DNA of 64,000 nucleotides from Thermoproteota archaeon (GCA_029258925.1 JAPDJV010000010.1:32126-96125), one strand, 5' to 3'; shown: positions 10,013 to 20,971, counted from the stretch's first letter. Program-made: numbers and translations. Notes: generated from the sequence alone by a model not told the origin.

Positions 10013-12001
10013 TCAGTTTAAGAATACTTTGTGAACTACTTCAAGACTCGAATCGTTAACTACTTTAATCATATTGTTTGAAATTGTGTATATATAGTCT
10101 CCAATATAAAGTGTCCTAATAGCTCCTTGATGACTGATGAATCCTCTCAGCGCCAGAGCCTCTATAGAAACATTAACAACATAGACTCCATCAATTTCTC
10201 CATAAACTGGAATACACATGTAGTTTTTACCAATATTTATCGTGAAAGCCTTGTGGTCTGTTAGTATTGGAGTCCAAGACATTCGATCTCCTATAGTTAT
10301 ATTTGAGACCAGTATTGGATTTTCAATATCAGATATATTGAATAATGCTATTTTTAGGCCATGCATTAAACCTTTCTCATCAACTTCCACTCCGACACCT
10401 ATCAAATAATCTTCTAAATACGGGTGAAGGTATTCGGAGTAGCCTAGTATTTTGAGTTCTCCAAGCACTCTAGGATTCTCCGGGTCTGATAAGTCTATTG
10501 CAAATAATGGATCTATTCTCCTAAATGTTACCAGGAACATTTTATCGCCCATAAACCTTGCAGCATATATTCTCTCTCCTAAAGCGAGGTTTTCGATGCA
10601 TCCAACTATTTGCAAGTCCATGTTTAATACGTAAACGTTGTTAATGGATTCGGATCCTCCGCTTAGATTTTTACTAACCGTTGTAGCAACCCTCAAGTAT
10701 CCATTGTACTCATCTATTGAGAATTGATCTAATATGTGTCCTGGAATAGTCCCTATAGCACTTGCCTTAATGCTTGTCCCATTTAAAGCGAACCTGTATA
10801 TAGTGGTTTCATCCACATATAGTTCATAGAACTCATTGTACACTTTATTCAACACTCTATTCTTCTCCTCTGAACTAAGAGAATTAATGTAATCTTCAAC
10901 AGCCTTCTCTACTTCAACTAGTCCTTCCACATCATATTCCCGCGAATTCATTAAATCATTAACCTTGTTTCTCAAAGCATCTGGCGCATTTTCTAACAAT
11001 GCTTCGACAACTCTCTCCATTAACCTATATGGATCAACCCGTTTTCTGGAAAACAAGTACAAGTTTTCATGTGACATGTAAATGTTGGATGAACACCCTG
11101 TGAGGAAAACATCTTTCCCATAGCTACCGTTCTCCACGTTCAACGATATTATTGTCGTGAAGACGTATGTGAAATCTCTTGTAAAGTATTTCACATCAGA
11201 AGCCTCTACTTCAACCCCATTGATTTCAGGCAGGATAACTGTGCCATTCTCAGCTATAGATGGCTGAGTTATTATAGTGTAACAATACTTTCCGCTAAGC
11301 CTGGACGTAGCATAGCTTCCTGTGACAGTTATATTATTCATTAGTATCGGATTGAATATGTTGGTGATGTTGTATAATAGTATGCTCGTCTCCGGGAACT
11401 CTTTAATCACTTGATAAACATTTGTTTTCCCCTGGACATTCCTCAGCAAGCTCACTGCGAAAATGCTTGGAGAAGCAACTATCACAACAAGTCTATCCCC
11501 CTCAACAAATATTCCCTCAACCATGCCGGTGAAATTAAGCTTGTGGACGATGCTAACCTCGCTTGGGGGATAAGCCTTCACAATTACAACACTGCTCCCC
11601 CTAGCAACATATATGTATTCTCCATCAGTCTTAACAATGTCAGCTTCATCAACCCCCTCAACCTGGACATTTGTAACCGAGTGCTCAGGTTTTTCAGTGG
11701 ATAAAACAGCTGTACTCTCCTCTAGAACGGGTAGCATAGCACCATACTTAAGAGCATGAAATGTTTCCGGGATGAACCACGGCATTATCCTAGACAATAT
11801 CATCGAGGAGGTAACGTAATCCTCCACTTCCCTTCTAGAAGAAAAACTGTTCACTATAGGGGTCGCCACTGGAGTCCAATGTCCGGGAGGAGTTTGTTCA
11901 GCATTTGGTTCAACATAAAGTGTTTTCTCGAGCAGTAAACATGATGCCTCCATTAATAATAATATTAATAGTATTAAGCCCGCAGATTTCCATTTACCCA
12001 T
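10013..12001 (-). CDS. secreted beta-propeller domain protein
   Basis: Signal peptide MGKWKSAGLILLILLLMEASC; the ORF track starts 19 codons upstream at 12058. The block NVQVEGVDEADIVKTDGEYIYV resembles the archaeal/bacterial Beta_propel family, and the body is beta-rich and repetitive. Confidence 0.55.
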   Translation of the reverse strand: MGKWKSAGLILLILLLMEASCLLLEKTLYVEPNAEQTPPGHWTPVATPIVNSFSSRREVEDYVTSSMILSRIMPWFIPETFHALKYGAMLPVLEESTAVLSTEKPEHSVTNVQVEGVDEADIVKTDGEYIYVARGSSVVIVKAYPPSEVSIVHKLNFTGMVEGIFVEGDRLVVIVASPSIFAVSLLRNVQGKTNVYQVIKEFPETSILLYNITNIFNPILMNNITVTGSYATSRLSGKYCYTIITQPSIAENGTVILPEINGVEVEASDVKYFTRDFTYVFTTIISLNVENGSYGKDVFLTGCSSNIYMSHENLYLFSRKRVDPYRLMERVVEALLENAPDALRNKVNDLMNSREYDVEGLVEVEKAVEDYINSLSSEEKNRVLNKVYNEFYELYVDETTIYRFALNGTSIKASAIGTIPGHILDQFSIDEYNGYLRVATTVSKNLSGGSESINNVYVLNMDLQIVGCIENLALGERIYAARFMGDKMFLVTFRRIDPLFAIDLSDPENPRVLGELKILGYSEYLHPYLEDYLIGVGVEVDEKGLMHGLKIALFNISDIENPILVSNITIGDRMSWTPILTDHKAFTINIGKNYMCIPVYGEIDGVYVVNVSIEALALRGFISHQGAIRTLYIGDYIYTISNNMIKVVNDSSLEVVHKVFLN

Positions 12002-12278
12002 TTTTCCACCATCATGCAATATGCTGAATCTAACATAAAATACTAATGGATAGAACAATAGTTCTAAATATTAGAATCATAATCTTCGTAAAAACTATTT
12101 GACATGTTTAAATTATAGCATTAAATCTCCTACTTCCAACAAATGCCTATTATAATAGATGAGTTAAGCAGTGGATGATGATTTTACGTAGAATCTAGGA
12201 GAAACCTTGGGATAACTAGTGATCTACATTATGTAGAAACCACTTATTTTAATGGAACTAGCTATATGTATTTGACCA

Positions 12279-13121
12279 CTATCGCCTCCACGGCATTAAA
12301 GCAGTAAGCATGCCGGCAATAATCAATATGGCTCCAAATACTTCGATTACCCCCAACATCTCCCCTAATATTATGGTTGAGAAGAATGCTGCAAACACTG
12401 GTTCAAGTATGAATATTAATGCTGCCTCATAAGGCTTCAGCCATCTCTGCCCATAGACTTGAAGAGCGAATGCTGCATCCGTGCACATTAATCCTAGGTA
12501 GGCTAGGTATGGTAAGGCTATAGGCAACATGTTATCCGATAGATTACGGTTTGAACTCATTAATATGAAGCCTATTGCAGGTATTGACTCGAAGAATGAG
12601 AACAATATTGGATTCGAACCACCATATTTACTAACAAGAATAACCTGTGCCGCCCAGAAAACTGCACTGATCAATACCAACACTTCGCCTAAACCAAGCC
12701 CTCCTCCAGGCTCAGTTAACAAGTATAATCCAGCAATAGATAATAATAGCGATATGAGGGCTTTTAATGTATAATCTCTTTTAACAGCCGCTTCATAAAC
12801 ATGTACGAAAACAACATTAAGTCCTGTTATGAACGCTGAGTTGGATGCTGTAGTAAACTCTGTACCCCATCCCTGAAGCCACAGGCCAAGTGCATAAACT
12901 ATACCAGTAATAAGGCCTCCTGAAACTTCTTTGATCGAAATACCATATTTACGATAATAGTAGATGATGTAAGGGAGTAAACCAAGTACTGCAATAATAG
13001 ATCTGACCCACGTATATGTAGCCTCATCAACTTGTGAGACAACGATTTTAATAACTGGAAACGAGGTGCCCCAGAGCAGTGTAGTTAATAGTAGTGATGA
13101 AACCCCTTTAAACCTAGTAAT
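12279..13121 (-). CDS. EamA/DMT-family transporter (two EamA repeats) with no canonical start codon for the first repeat
   Basis: The reading frame is open from the stop at 13155-13157 down to 12279 and encodes about 10 TM helices: ITRFKGVSSLLLTTLLWGTSFPVIKIV...EFTTASNSAFITGLNVVF...LLTEPGGGLG.... The first ATG, GTG or TTG in frame is the TTG at 12720, where the ORF track starts its 147-aa ORF. The 145 codons upstream of it are clean EamA sequence. Confidence 0.55.
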   Translation of the reverse strand: MTRFKGVSSLLLTTLLWGTSFPVIKIVVSQVDEATYTWVRSIIAVLGLLPYIIYYYRKYGISIKEVSGGLITGIVYALGLWLQGWGTEFTTASNSAFITGLNVVFVHVYEAAVKRDYTLKALISLLLSIAGLYLLTEPGGGLGLGEVLVLISAVFWAAQVILVSKYGGSNPILFSFFESIPAIGFILMSSNRNLSDNMLPIALPYLAYLGLMCTDAAFALQVYGQRWLKPYEAALIFILEPVFAAFFSTIILGEMLGVIEVFGAILIIAGMLTALMPWRR

Positions 13122-13690
13122 CCCTGAACACCTCCGGAACTCAGGGAGAAGAATTTAAAATATTTAAGCTTACTTAATAAATATATTTAACAAATGTCAT
13201 TTCACATCCCCAGCATATACAATGATACATCTTTAAGCTTTCCCAGAGACTTCCGCACTAACAGTCAAGACATATTATAGAGTTTGAATATTATTGTCTT
13301 AAGTCTGGTCAAACTATGAATTCCACAATCTAGAAGTCTCGATCTTCCATAAGAATATTCACCGAAATCTCTATTACAATAACTCTTTAAACAATAATCA
13401 ACACTTACTCTAATAAAATATTTAATCGATGAAAGACCCATATTAAACTGTTCCCTTATGTTAAAGTATAGTCGATGACAATTATTAATCTTAGGATATA
13501 TGAGCATTATAAGCTACATGATGTTTGTAGGATGTTTAAGAGTGGATGTCCTAAATATTTATTAACCAATTTATTATAAAATGTTCATTATCGATTAATC
13601 TACAAGTAGTAAGTATTTTATAATATTGTTATAAATATATTTATAATGAATTACTGTATGGAAAGACATCAAATATAAGGAGGTTATAAT

Positions 13691-14785
13691 TTGGAATTGG
13701 AGAATTTTATAAGCGTTATGGGTAAGCTTAAACCGGAAATCTTTAATGAGGTAATATATCCTAATCTAGGAGCATTCGATTCAAGTATAATAGTTGGGCC
13801 TAGACACGGCGTTGACTTCAGAGTTGTAGAGGTAGGGGATGTAGTGCTGATCGTTAAAAGCGATCCAGTGTTCATAGTACCGGAATATGGGTGGAAGAGA
13901 TCTGCCTGGTTCGCTGTTCACATACTAGCTAGTGATGTATCTACAAGCGGTGTTCCCCCAAATATTTAGCCATAGACTTGAATCTCCCCCTAAAGATGAG
14001 TGATGAAGAGTTTACAGTGATGTGGGAGTTTATGGACAGAGAGCTGAAGAATCTTGGAGTTAGTATTGTAACTGGGCATACTGGTAGGTATGCTGGATGC
14101 GAATACCCTATGCTGGGAGGAGCCACAATGATTGGGTAACCAGCGGGAAACATTTTGTAACATCCCAGATGGCCATGGAGGGAGATAAAAATATTGTGAC
14201 TAAGGGTCCAGCTATTGAAACAGCTGGAATACTATCAGTCCTATTCCCTCAAGTACTCGAAGAAATGTATGGAGGAAAGTTTGCCAGAGAGGCTCAAGAA
14301 ATATTTTGGATGCAGAGTGTTGTAGAAGATGCTCCGACAGCAACTAGCGTTGGTTTAAGAAGCAACGGTGCAACTGCAATGCATGATGCAACAGAATACG
14401 GTTTATGGAGGGCACTCATAGAAGCCGCTGATGCAAGTAATGTTGGTATGAGAATATATAAGGAGAAAATCGTAGTCGACGAGAAAGTGTTGAAAGTATG
14501 TAAAGCATTCTCCGATTCACTGGAATAAATATAGACCCATTTAAGTCGATAAGTGAGGGAACACTTGTAGTAACTGTGAGACGTCATAAAGCGGATGAAG
14601 TATTGAGAAGATTGAGAGAGAAGAACATAGATGCGTCAATAATTGGAGAAGTAACTAATGTGAGAGAAGGCGTGAAAATAGTGTATTCGAATGGAGTAGA
14701 GGAGCAATTAAGATACCCGAAAATAGATCCGTTCTGGCCAGCATTCTTCAAGACCGTCGAGAAAATAAAAGAGAGTAAAAAGTAG
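13691..14785 (+). pseudogene. AIR-synthase-related (PurM-like, COG2144-type) protein, multiply frameshifted
   Basis: The N-terminal PurM fold ([51 protein letters not shown]) stops at 13969. It continues in other frames as [47 protein letters not shown] (stop about 14140), then the 14097-14528 frame, then 14576-14785 (HKADEVLRRLREKNIDASIIGEVTNVREGVKIVY). That makes at least four frame changes, and the pieces sum to about 365 aa. Confidence 0.6.
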
Positions 14786-14851
14786 AGGTAATCCACATTT
14801 TCATCTACAACATCATTTAATTCAGCATTATTGAAGACATTTATAAAAATC

Positions 14852-15391
14852 TCACCTACTATAAGTTCCCATGTAGACACCATAGGCTATAACATGGTTT
14901 CTAGCACTTCTCAAAACATCTCTGATCCCAGCTCCAGCTCTTAGATCTAGAAGTGTATCCAATGCAGCTATCATGAAGTAGTAGCGGTGGACTCCATGGC
15001 CTACTGGAGGACAAGGACCATTATAGCCCAGTAAACCGAAATCGTTCCTACCCTGAACACCATAATCTGTCCGAGGCTCCTTTGGAACGCCCTCGGGAAG
15101 AACACTTATGCTAACTGGAATATTATACATTGTCCAGTGATAGAATATTCCAATAGGAGCGTCTGGATCATACATCACAAGTAAGAGGCTTTTAGAATCC
15201 TCTGGAATGCCACTTATTTTAAGAGGGGGAGAGACATCTGCACCACTACAAGTATATTTATCTGGAATCCTAGAGCCATTCTGAAAAGCAGGGCTTTCAA
15301 CAATTATTGTCTCAGGTCTACCCTTAACTATATCCATTGGAGTTAGACGGCCAACCATTAATGCTACACCAATAAAAACTTGAGACACCAA
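14852..15391 (-). CDS. PEBP/YbhB/YbcL-family (Raf-kinase-inhibitor-like) protein
   Basis: Carries YDPDAP, HW, GYNGPCPPVGHGVHRYYF and ALD, the signature PEBP blocks. Confidence 0.8.
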   Translation of the reverse strand: MVSQVFIGVALMVGRLTPMDIVKGRPETIIVESPAFQNGSRIPDKYTCSGADVSPPLKISGIPEDSKSLLLVMYDPDAPIGIFYHWTMYNIPVSISVLPEGVPKEPRTDYGVQGRNDFGLLGYNGPCPPVGHGVHRYYFMIAALDTLLDLRAGAGIRDVLRSARNHVIAYGVYMGTYSR

Positions 15392-15471
15392 CTATAAATT
15401 CCTTACCGAATAAAGATTACAAGCTTCAAACCCTAAATAGATTGCAGTTCACATACGCTAACTGGGGATAG

Positions 15472-16464
15472 TTGATGATCGTTAAAGGCGTTTACGGAGA
15501 CTTCAAGAAGATTACTGGGAGGATACGTGTGGAAGAAGTCTATGGACCAGTGGACTTGGATAGAAAAAGGATTGTGGAGGAGGCTGGATTAAAATATGTA
15601 CCATTAATCTGGGTTCCAAGAGCTGGGGGAGCCGAGGAAGGCATAGTTGATGCTTGGGGTTCTAAAATGCTTTTTGCATTCAACAACTCTGGGTGCATAT
15701 CAAATCCTAGAATACGGGAATCAGCCAAAAATACTTTGGAAGATGCAGTAGTGAAGTGTGATGTAGACTCCATCATATTAGATGCTCTAAGATTTCCAAG
15801 TCCATTTGACGGCCGGGGCATGTTATCATGCTTCTGTAAGTATTGTAGGAGGAGAATTGTTGAATCTGGAATAAACCCGGAGAACCTGAGATCCAATTTA
15901 CTAAGATTGCTTGAAAAAATCCATCTATATCCACACTTAAGCTCTGATTTAATAGAAGCATTTATTCAATGGGTGAACATTAGACAGCTCATAGTAAAAG
16001 AACTCCTCGAAGAGTTGAAGGAGAAGGCGGAGGAGTACGATATAACAGTTAGGATAGCAGTATTCCCACCGAGCATCGCATGGCTTGTCGGCCAAAACTA
16101 TGCTTACATTAAAGATCTTGTCGGAGAAGCCCAAGTAATGTTGTATCATAAGTGCGGTGGCCCCGCGTGCTTAAACACAGAGTTAACATCACTAGTAGAA
16201 TTACTATTGAAGAGTACTGGAGAGGCTAGGGAAAAAGAGGTTCTCAGAGCAGCCTCTATGCTAACTGGTCTATGCTTAAAAAGCTGGAAAGAATTCAAGG
16301 AGAGAGGTGTAGATTGGGATATCTTAGTCGAGGAGACACGGAGAGCTGAAAGCCTCCTAGACTCCAAGTTCACCGCAGTATACTGGCTGGACAAGCTAGT
16401 TGAAGAAAGATTGAAGACTATGAGGTTAAATAAGGTGATATTATTTGTAGCAAAAAATTGCTGA
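15472..16464 (+). CDS. hypothetical protein (330 aa)
   Basis: Intact soluble ORF with Cys pairs (CFCKYC) and no firm family call. Confidence 0.45.
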   Translation: MMIVKGVYGDFKKITGRIRVEEVYGPVDLDRKRIVEEAGLKYVPLIWVPRAGGAEEGIVDAWGSKMLFAFNNSGCISNPRIRESAKNTLEDAVVKCDVDSIILDALRFPSPFDGRGMLSCFCKYCRRRIVESGINPENLRSNLLRLLEKIHLYPHLSSDLIEAFIQWVNIRQLIVKELLEELKEKAEEYDITVRIAVFPPSIAWLVGQNYAYIKDLVGEAQVMLYHKCGGPACLNTELTSLVELLLKSTGEAREKEVLRAASMLTGLCLKSWKEFKERGVDWDILVEETRRAESLLDSKFTAVYWLDKLVEERLKTMRLNKVILFVAKNC

Positions 16465-16480
16465 AACATTCTCGGAGAAT

Positions 16481-16918
16481 TTAGCTTTTCTTAACTATGG
16501 ATAAGCCCGCTACTAAAACATATGCTCCACCAGCAATGAAGCCCAAACCAATAAAGTACGGTATTAACCTCTCTAGAAGCCTAGGTGCAGCAAGCATTAT
16601 GCTGCCACCAATAATCATCAGTAGGCCTACGAGCATCATAATGATACCCCCTATCCTAACTGGCACTTCTACGCTCATCTTCCTCTCCTCAACAACAATA
16701 ATACTGTCGAATAGGAAGCCTAGACCCATACCAATGAACATTGCGGCGGGAAAACTTAGCCCTCCGAAGACAGGTATTAGGATGAATCCTACCCCCATAC
16801 CAGTGAACATGAAGAATAGGAAGAAGGGTTTACGTCTCTCACTCAATACTAGCACCAGGAATACTTCTATCTCCATAGAAATAAAGGTTATGAATATGAT
16901 GCTTGCTTTAAACTTCAT
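16481..16918 (-). CDS. small membrane protein (4 TM)
   Basis: Strongly hydrophobic with a Gly-rich TM pattern. The overlapping plus-strand ORF 16497-16985 is judged spurious. Confidence 0.45.
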   Translation of the reverse strand: MKFKASIIFITFISMEIEVFLVLVLSERRKPFFLFFMFTGMGVGFILIPVFGGLSFPAAMFIGMGLGFLFDSIIVVEERKMSVEVPVRIGGIIMMLVGLLMIIGGSIMLAAPRLLERLIPYFIGLGFIAGGAYVLVAGLSIVKKS

Positions 16919-17145
16919 AAAATCCTTAAATCATTACATACTTTCAATCCACTACGTCATTGATGAAACATGTATCTTGGTCTAAAACCTTTTAGCCTCC
17001 AAGAAATCATTACAGGATATTTAAGTAAGCTTAATGTGAATGTTTTAGCAAGGATTATGCACAGTTCCGACTTTCAAATTTCATGTTATGTGAGGTATGC
17101 TAGCCTTAATTCTTACATCGTTAAACTCGTCAATACTTAAGCCAG

Positions 17146-17328
17146 CTATCCTGGCAGCCCTATATATATGTCTCCAGTCTCTATATAAACCATTAATGCC
17201 AGCCTTACTCTGGGAGGCTGCTTCATAATATAGTCCCAGTCAGCCATACGCCTACGAATAACCCTAAACTCCTCATCCTCCCTAACCCACTTCTCCCTCA
17301 GCTTCAAATCATTAGACTTGTCGCACAT
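17146..17328 (-). CDS. hypothetical small protein (60 aa)
   Basis: Short charged ORF with the same orientation as its neighbours; support is weak. Confidence 0.25.
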   Translation of the reverse strand: MCDKSNDLKLREKWVREDEEFRVIRRRMADWDYIMKQPPRVRLALMVYIETGDIYIGLPG

Positions 17329-17434
17329 TGCCTAAAGCACCTGGTAAAATAATTGTTCCCCCAGTAAATAAGGGAAGCTATGAGTACTTGAGGAGATATG
17401 CTAACTTACCGACGACTTGAAAAGCGAAGAACGC

Positions 17435-18247
17435 TCACCCTCTTATTATGTTGCGGGATAACCTACTGTAGACGTTGGCGTAAACCCATAGTTTTAGCGC
17501 TCCGGCAGTAGCTTGATCATACTTCACAGCGTACTCTCCTAGAACCGACATTTCTCTAACATTCTCTATGTTTTCTGGGAGAGGTATTATGGGTCTAGCA
17601 GTAGTCGGTAAGATGTCTGCAACGGTTACTAGGGTAGCATAGTATACTATGGTTCCAATAATCCCGGCCTCAATAGATGATATTAGAAGCCAGAACCATT
17701 CTCTCCTAAACACTCTCACACCACACTTAAAAGCCTCCAGCACTCCTCCCTCAACATTGCAGCTGGCAATAGAAGCAATAAACGGCGGGTACAGGAATAA
17801 GAATACGAGCATTATTAAGTCAAACACTATCGACCATCCCACGACAAACACGAACATTTCTTCCGGAATCTCTCTTCCAAAGCCTAAAACAATCCCCGTG
17901 TAAACCATTGTGAAGGGAAGCATTAACGTGAGTATTGGAAGCAGGCTTACCTCAACCACCCTAACAATACTACTCCAATTAATAACAGGATTAAAATACA
18001 TGTAGACTATGACAGCAAGCAATAAGGAAACCCATAGAAAATATACTAAGAGATATAGTGGGGGGATCAGGAAAATATAGCACGCCATCCTCTCCTCGAA
18101 AAACAATATTATGAGAGGCCTGCATACAAGAACATCCATAACTACTTCAAGCAAAATTACTGTTAAACATAGGAGGAAGGCCCTAGAATCGGTGGAGGAA
18201 AATGTACTCCTCATAACATCCTTACCCGTGCAACCCGTAGATTGCAT
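17435..18247 (-). CDS. polytopic membrane protein, unknown function
   Basis: 270 aa with multiple TM helices. It overlaps the 3' end of the upstream secreted-protein gene by 26 nt, which suggests an operon. Confidence 0.5.
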   Translation of the reverse strand: MQSTGCTGKDVMRSTFSSTDSRAFLLCLTVILLEVVMDVLVCRPLIILFFEERMACYIFLIPPLYLLVYFLWVSLLLAVIVYMYFNPVINWSSIVRVVEVSLLPILTLMLPFTMVYTGIVLGFGREIPEEMFVFVVGWSIVFDLIMLVFLFLYPPFIASIASCNVEGGVLEAFKCGVRVFRREWFWLLISSIEAGIIGTIVYYATLVTVADILPTTARPIIPLPENIENVREMSVLGEYAVKYDQATAGALKLWVYANVYSRLSRNIIRG

Positions 18248-20561
18248 AGTGTTCAGGGAGCTTGTCAGGTGTTTTCACATATATGAGGGCATGGACCCCT
18301 GTATTGGCAGCACCATTATTAAAGTTCACCCAGGCATCAACAGGGATACTCAATGTGGTTCCAGCGGGACAATTACCGAAGCTATACTCTATCTTCACCC
18401 TAAACCTGCCATACTTAACTGGCTGCACACCTGCATCGTAGTGATAGTGTATTATAAGCGTACCGCCCTCAACACTCCACGAAATAGTTGCCTGACTAAG
18501 ACAAGTCTTCTTCGTGAGATCTATTAAGTGGCCAGCTATAGATAATCCTATGGAGACAGGGGGTGATGCAGAGTATCCAAGTATCCCCTCAGCTAGGAGG
18601 CCTATGCTTATATATTGATAAATTTCTTCAACAAGCATTACAGCCTGAGTTAGCCACTCATTAGCTTGATCTTCAACAGCCTCATTATGTGAGGGAGGAG
18701 GATCGAAATCGCTTCCCTGTGGAAGAGGAACCCTAATATCCATTGTAACATCCCATATTCTGGTCACATATCCTCCCTCAACCTCTCTACCGGAGGCAAC
18801 GGTTTCGAAGTAAGCATTTAGGTTGTTAATAGGCTGACCGGTTAACAACCTGCCGTAATCGGAGCCTCCTATGGTCAAGGTTGCCTCTCCTAGCAGAGTT
18901 GATTGGGCATAGTTTTCAGTGTAGACCATTTGCTGGCATCTGGCTAGAGTATGCTCTGCTATGAAGGACTCGCTTCCACTTCTCCAAACCTCTGGCATAT
19001 ATTCTCCAATGATCCTTAGGTCCCGTATTGTTAGTGTTGAGTAGGATTCGTTCACACCCGGAATCTCGATCGACACGGTAATGCTTCTATTGTATTTGAG
19101 TGATGATACTATTAGATACGCTGTGTCGCTGTCTATGGGTATGAGAGTGCTTAGGGAGTATGTTCTCCCACCTCCACTATGGGGTTTCCCCTGCACGCTA
19201 GCATAGTATACTCGAACACTGTTGAAGTATATGTCTATCCTCTTCTGGAATGGTGCACTGCTCCTGCTATCCCAGTGCGTCAAGTCTATTTTTAACCCTA
19301 CTGGAATGCTTGTTGAAGTGGAGTTTAGGAATGTTCCTGGAACAGCTGACACACCGTAGAAAGTTATGGTGTCGCTTTCGAACCAAGCGTTCCTGGGCTT
19401 GTACCAGAAGTTCACTAAGCTATCGTTAAACCATTTTAGCTCCGGCGGCCGGCTCCCGTATACGAGCTTCTTTAAGTATAGTATTGGATAAACTATTACC
19501 TCGTCCACGTAGCTCTTGAACTCTATTTTCAAGCTTATTGGACGATTACTGGTATAAGGTATTATGTCTGCAAGGCTCATTGAATAGTGTTTCGGCGTGG
19601 TGGAGACACTGTAGTATGAATCCTTTGAGGCATATAGTTGGCCCGTGTCATTATAGTATACTTCGACGTGGACGTGGAGGCACTCTGGTTCCTGGCTTGC
19701 AGTAGCCTTGAAAACTAGTTCGGCAAACGCCACCTCGTAGCCCAGATACCTGTTAGTAGATGTCCAAGTGTTTGGATAAGCTTTTTTAATCGGAGATGAA
19801 CCCATCGTTAAATCTATTGAGTAAACAAGTTGCCCTACCTCAGTGGGTCCTCCTCCCCCGCCGCCGTCAATAACTATTAATGGTTCTACTTCGAGCTGTC
19901 TTGAGGAAGGCTCTATGTCGTAGCCTAGTTCCATGCTTAAAGTACTGTCTAGTGCGAATGACGAGTGTTCCTCGCGGCTTACAACAGTGATGCTGGATGA
20001 TTGAATGAGGGTGAGCTTCCTTATTTTACTGATTTCTTCAAGAGTCCAGTATGGATCGTATGGTAGGTTTGAGGTTGTGGAGTTCTTATCGTAGTAAATG
20101 TAGAAGCCTACCTCCCCGCATGGTAGCCTTGCTTTAACGTATATTCTCTCATGAAGCCTGCACTTAACGAATTCTAAACCCCACTCGTCGGATTCTTCCC
20201 CAATAATCGTCGGAACTCTAATGTAGAGCAGGGTGTCCTCCCCTATACTACCGTCGACTAGAAGCGTTTTCATAGTCTGGTTCAGCGGTGCAATGAACGT
20301 TTTCACAATGCTTGGAACAACGTATATTGTTCCCTCAACCCACTCTCCATCATGGTAGACTGCTACTCTGAGACTTGAAGATCTTGCCCCAATTATTTGA
20401 GGAATGTCTCTTCCTCTGACCAAGAATTCGGCGAAGATTAGGCTTCCCGTATGGTTTGATGATGCAAGAACTGGCATCATTGTGCTTGGAATAGAGAGCA
20501 TTATTAGGAGTAGGCCTAGTGCTAGGACTTGCCTAGCTCCATCAACCAACCACCTCACCAT
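18222..20561 (-). CDS. large secreted/surface protein (779 aa), unknown function
   Basis: N-terminal signal peptide (LALGLLLIMLSIPSTMMPVLASS), a beta-rich body and a GGGGGP linker. Confidence 0.55.
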   Translation of the reverse strand: MVRWLVDGARQVLALGLLLIMLSIPSTMMPVLASSNHTGSLIFAEFLVRGRDIPQIIGARSSSLRVAVYHDGEWVEGTIYVVPSIVKTFIAPLNQTMKTLLVDGSIGEDTLLYIRVPTIIGEESDEWGLEFVKCRLHERIYVKARLPCGEVGFYIYYDKNSTTSNLPYDPYWTLEEISKIRKLTLIQSSSITVVSREEHSSFALDSTLSMELGYDIEPSSRQLEVEPLIVIDGGGGGGPTEVGQLVYSIDLTMGSSPIKKAYPNTWTSTNRYLGYEVAFAELVFKATASQEPECLHVHVEVYYNDTGQLYASKDSYYSVSTTPKHYSMSLADIIPYTSNRPISLKIEFKSYVDEVIVYPILYLKKLVYGSRPPELKWFNDSLVNFWYKPRNAWFESDTITFYGVSAVPGTFLNSTSTSIPVGLKIDLTHWDSRSSAPFQKRIDIYFNSVRVYYASVQGKPHSGGGRTYSLSTLIPIDSDTAYLIVSSLKYNRSITVSIEIPGVNESYSTLTIRDLRIIGEYMPEVWRSGSESFIAEHTLARCQQMVYTENYAQSTLLGEATLTIGGSDYGRLLTGQPINNLNAYFETVASGREVEGGYVTRIWDVTMDIRVPLPQGSDFDPPPSHNEAVEDQANEWLTQAVMLVEEIYQYISIGLLAEGILGYSASPPVSIGLSIAGHLIDLTKKTCLSQATISWSVEGGTLIIHYHYDAGVQPVKYGRFRVKIEYSFGNCPAGTTLSIPVDAWVNFNNGAANTGVHALIYVKTPDKLPEHYAIYGLHG

Positions 20562-20752
20562 TGAAACAGATTCAAGAAAACAGGTATATATGTATATTGG
20601 ATTGCGAGTGTTAAAGCATATTTAAGTAGCTTCTATTCAAAATAGAAGTATTAATTGTGTGCGATAGCATAATTTTATTTTGGCGTTTAAATTTTATTGA
20701 TGAATCGAGGTTTAGGGGATTTCTCAAGGGGCCCTTATGTGCTTTAGTTTAT

Positions 20753-20971
20753 TTATTGTAGTAGCTTGTTTTTAGCTAGGATTCTTATTATTTTCTTTGC
20801 AAGGCTCCTAGATTTAACTTTAATTATTACTGTTTCCCCGCCACTCCACAGTAAAATGGCTTCTCCCATTTCTTCTAAGAACTCTTTTGCCCCCTTCCTA
20901 GCTGGAATAACATAGTATCCGTCGGGAGTTTTAGATGATAATATTTCCTCGATAATTCTTGAAGAACACAT
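20753..20971 (-). CDS. hypothetical small protein (72 aa)
   Basis: Short ORF upstream of the secreted-protein gene and co-oriented with it; no motif. Confidence 0.3.
   Translation of the reverse strand: MCSSRIIEEILSSKTPDGYYVIPARKGAKEFLEEMGEAILLWSGGETVIIKVKSRSLAKKIIRILAKNKLLQ

Noticed and set aside
16497-16985. 162-aa plus-strand ORF overlapping the minus-strand membrane protein
   Set aside because: Its translation is Pro/Ser/Thr/Ile-rich and mirrors the hydrophobic codons on the other strand. The minus-strand product has coherent TM helices.
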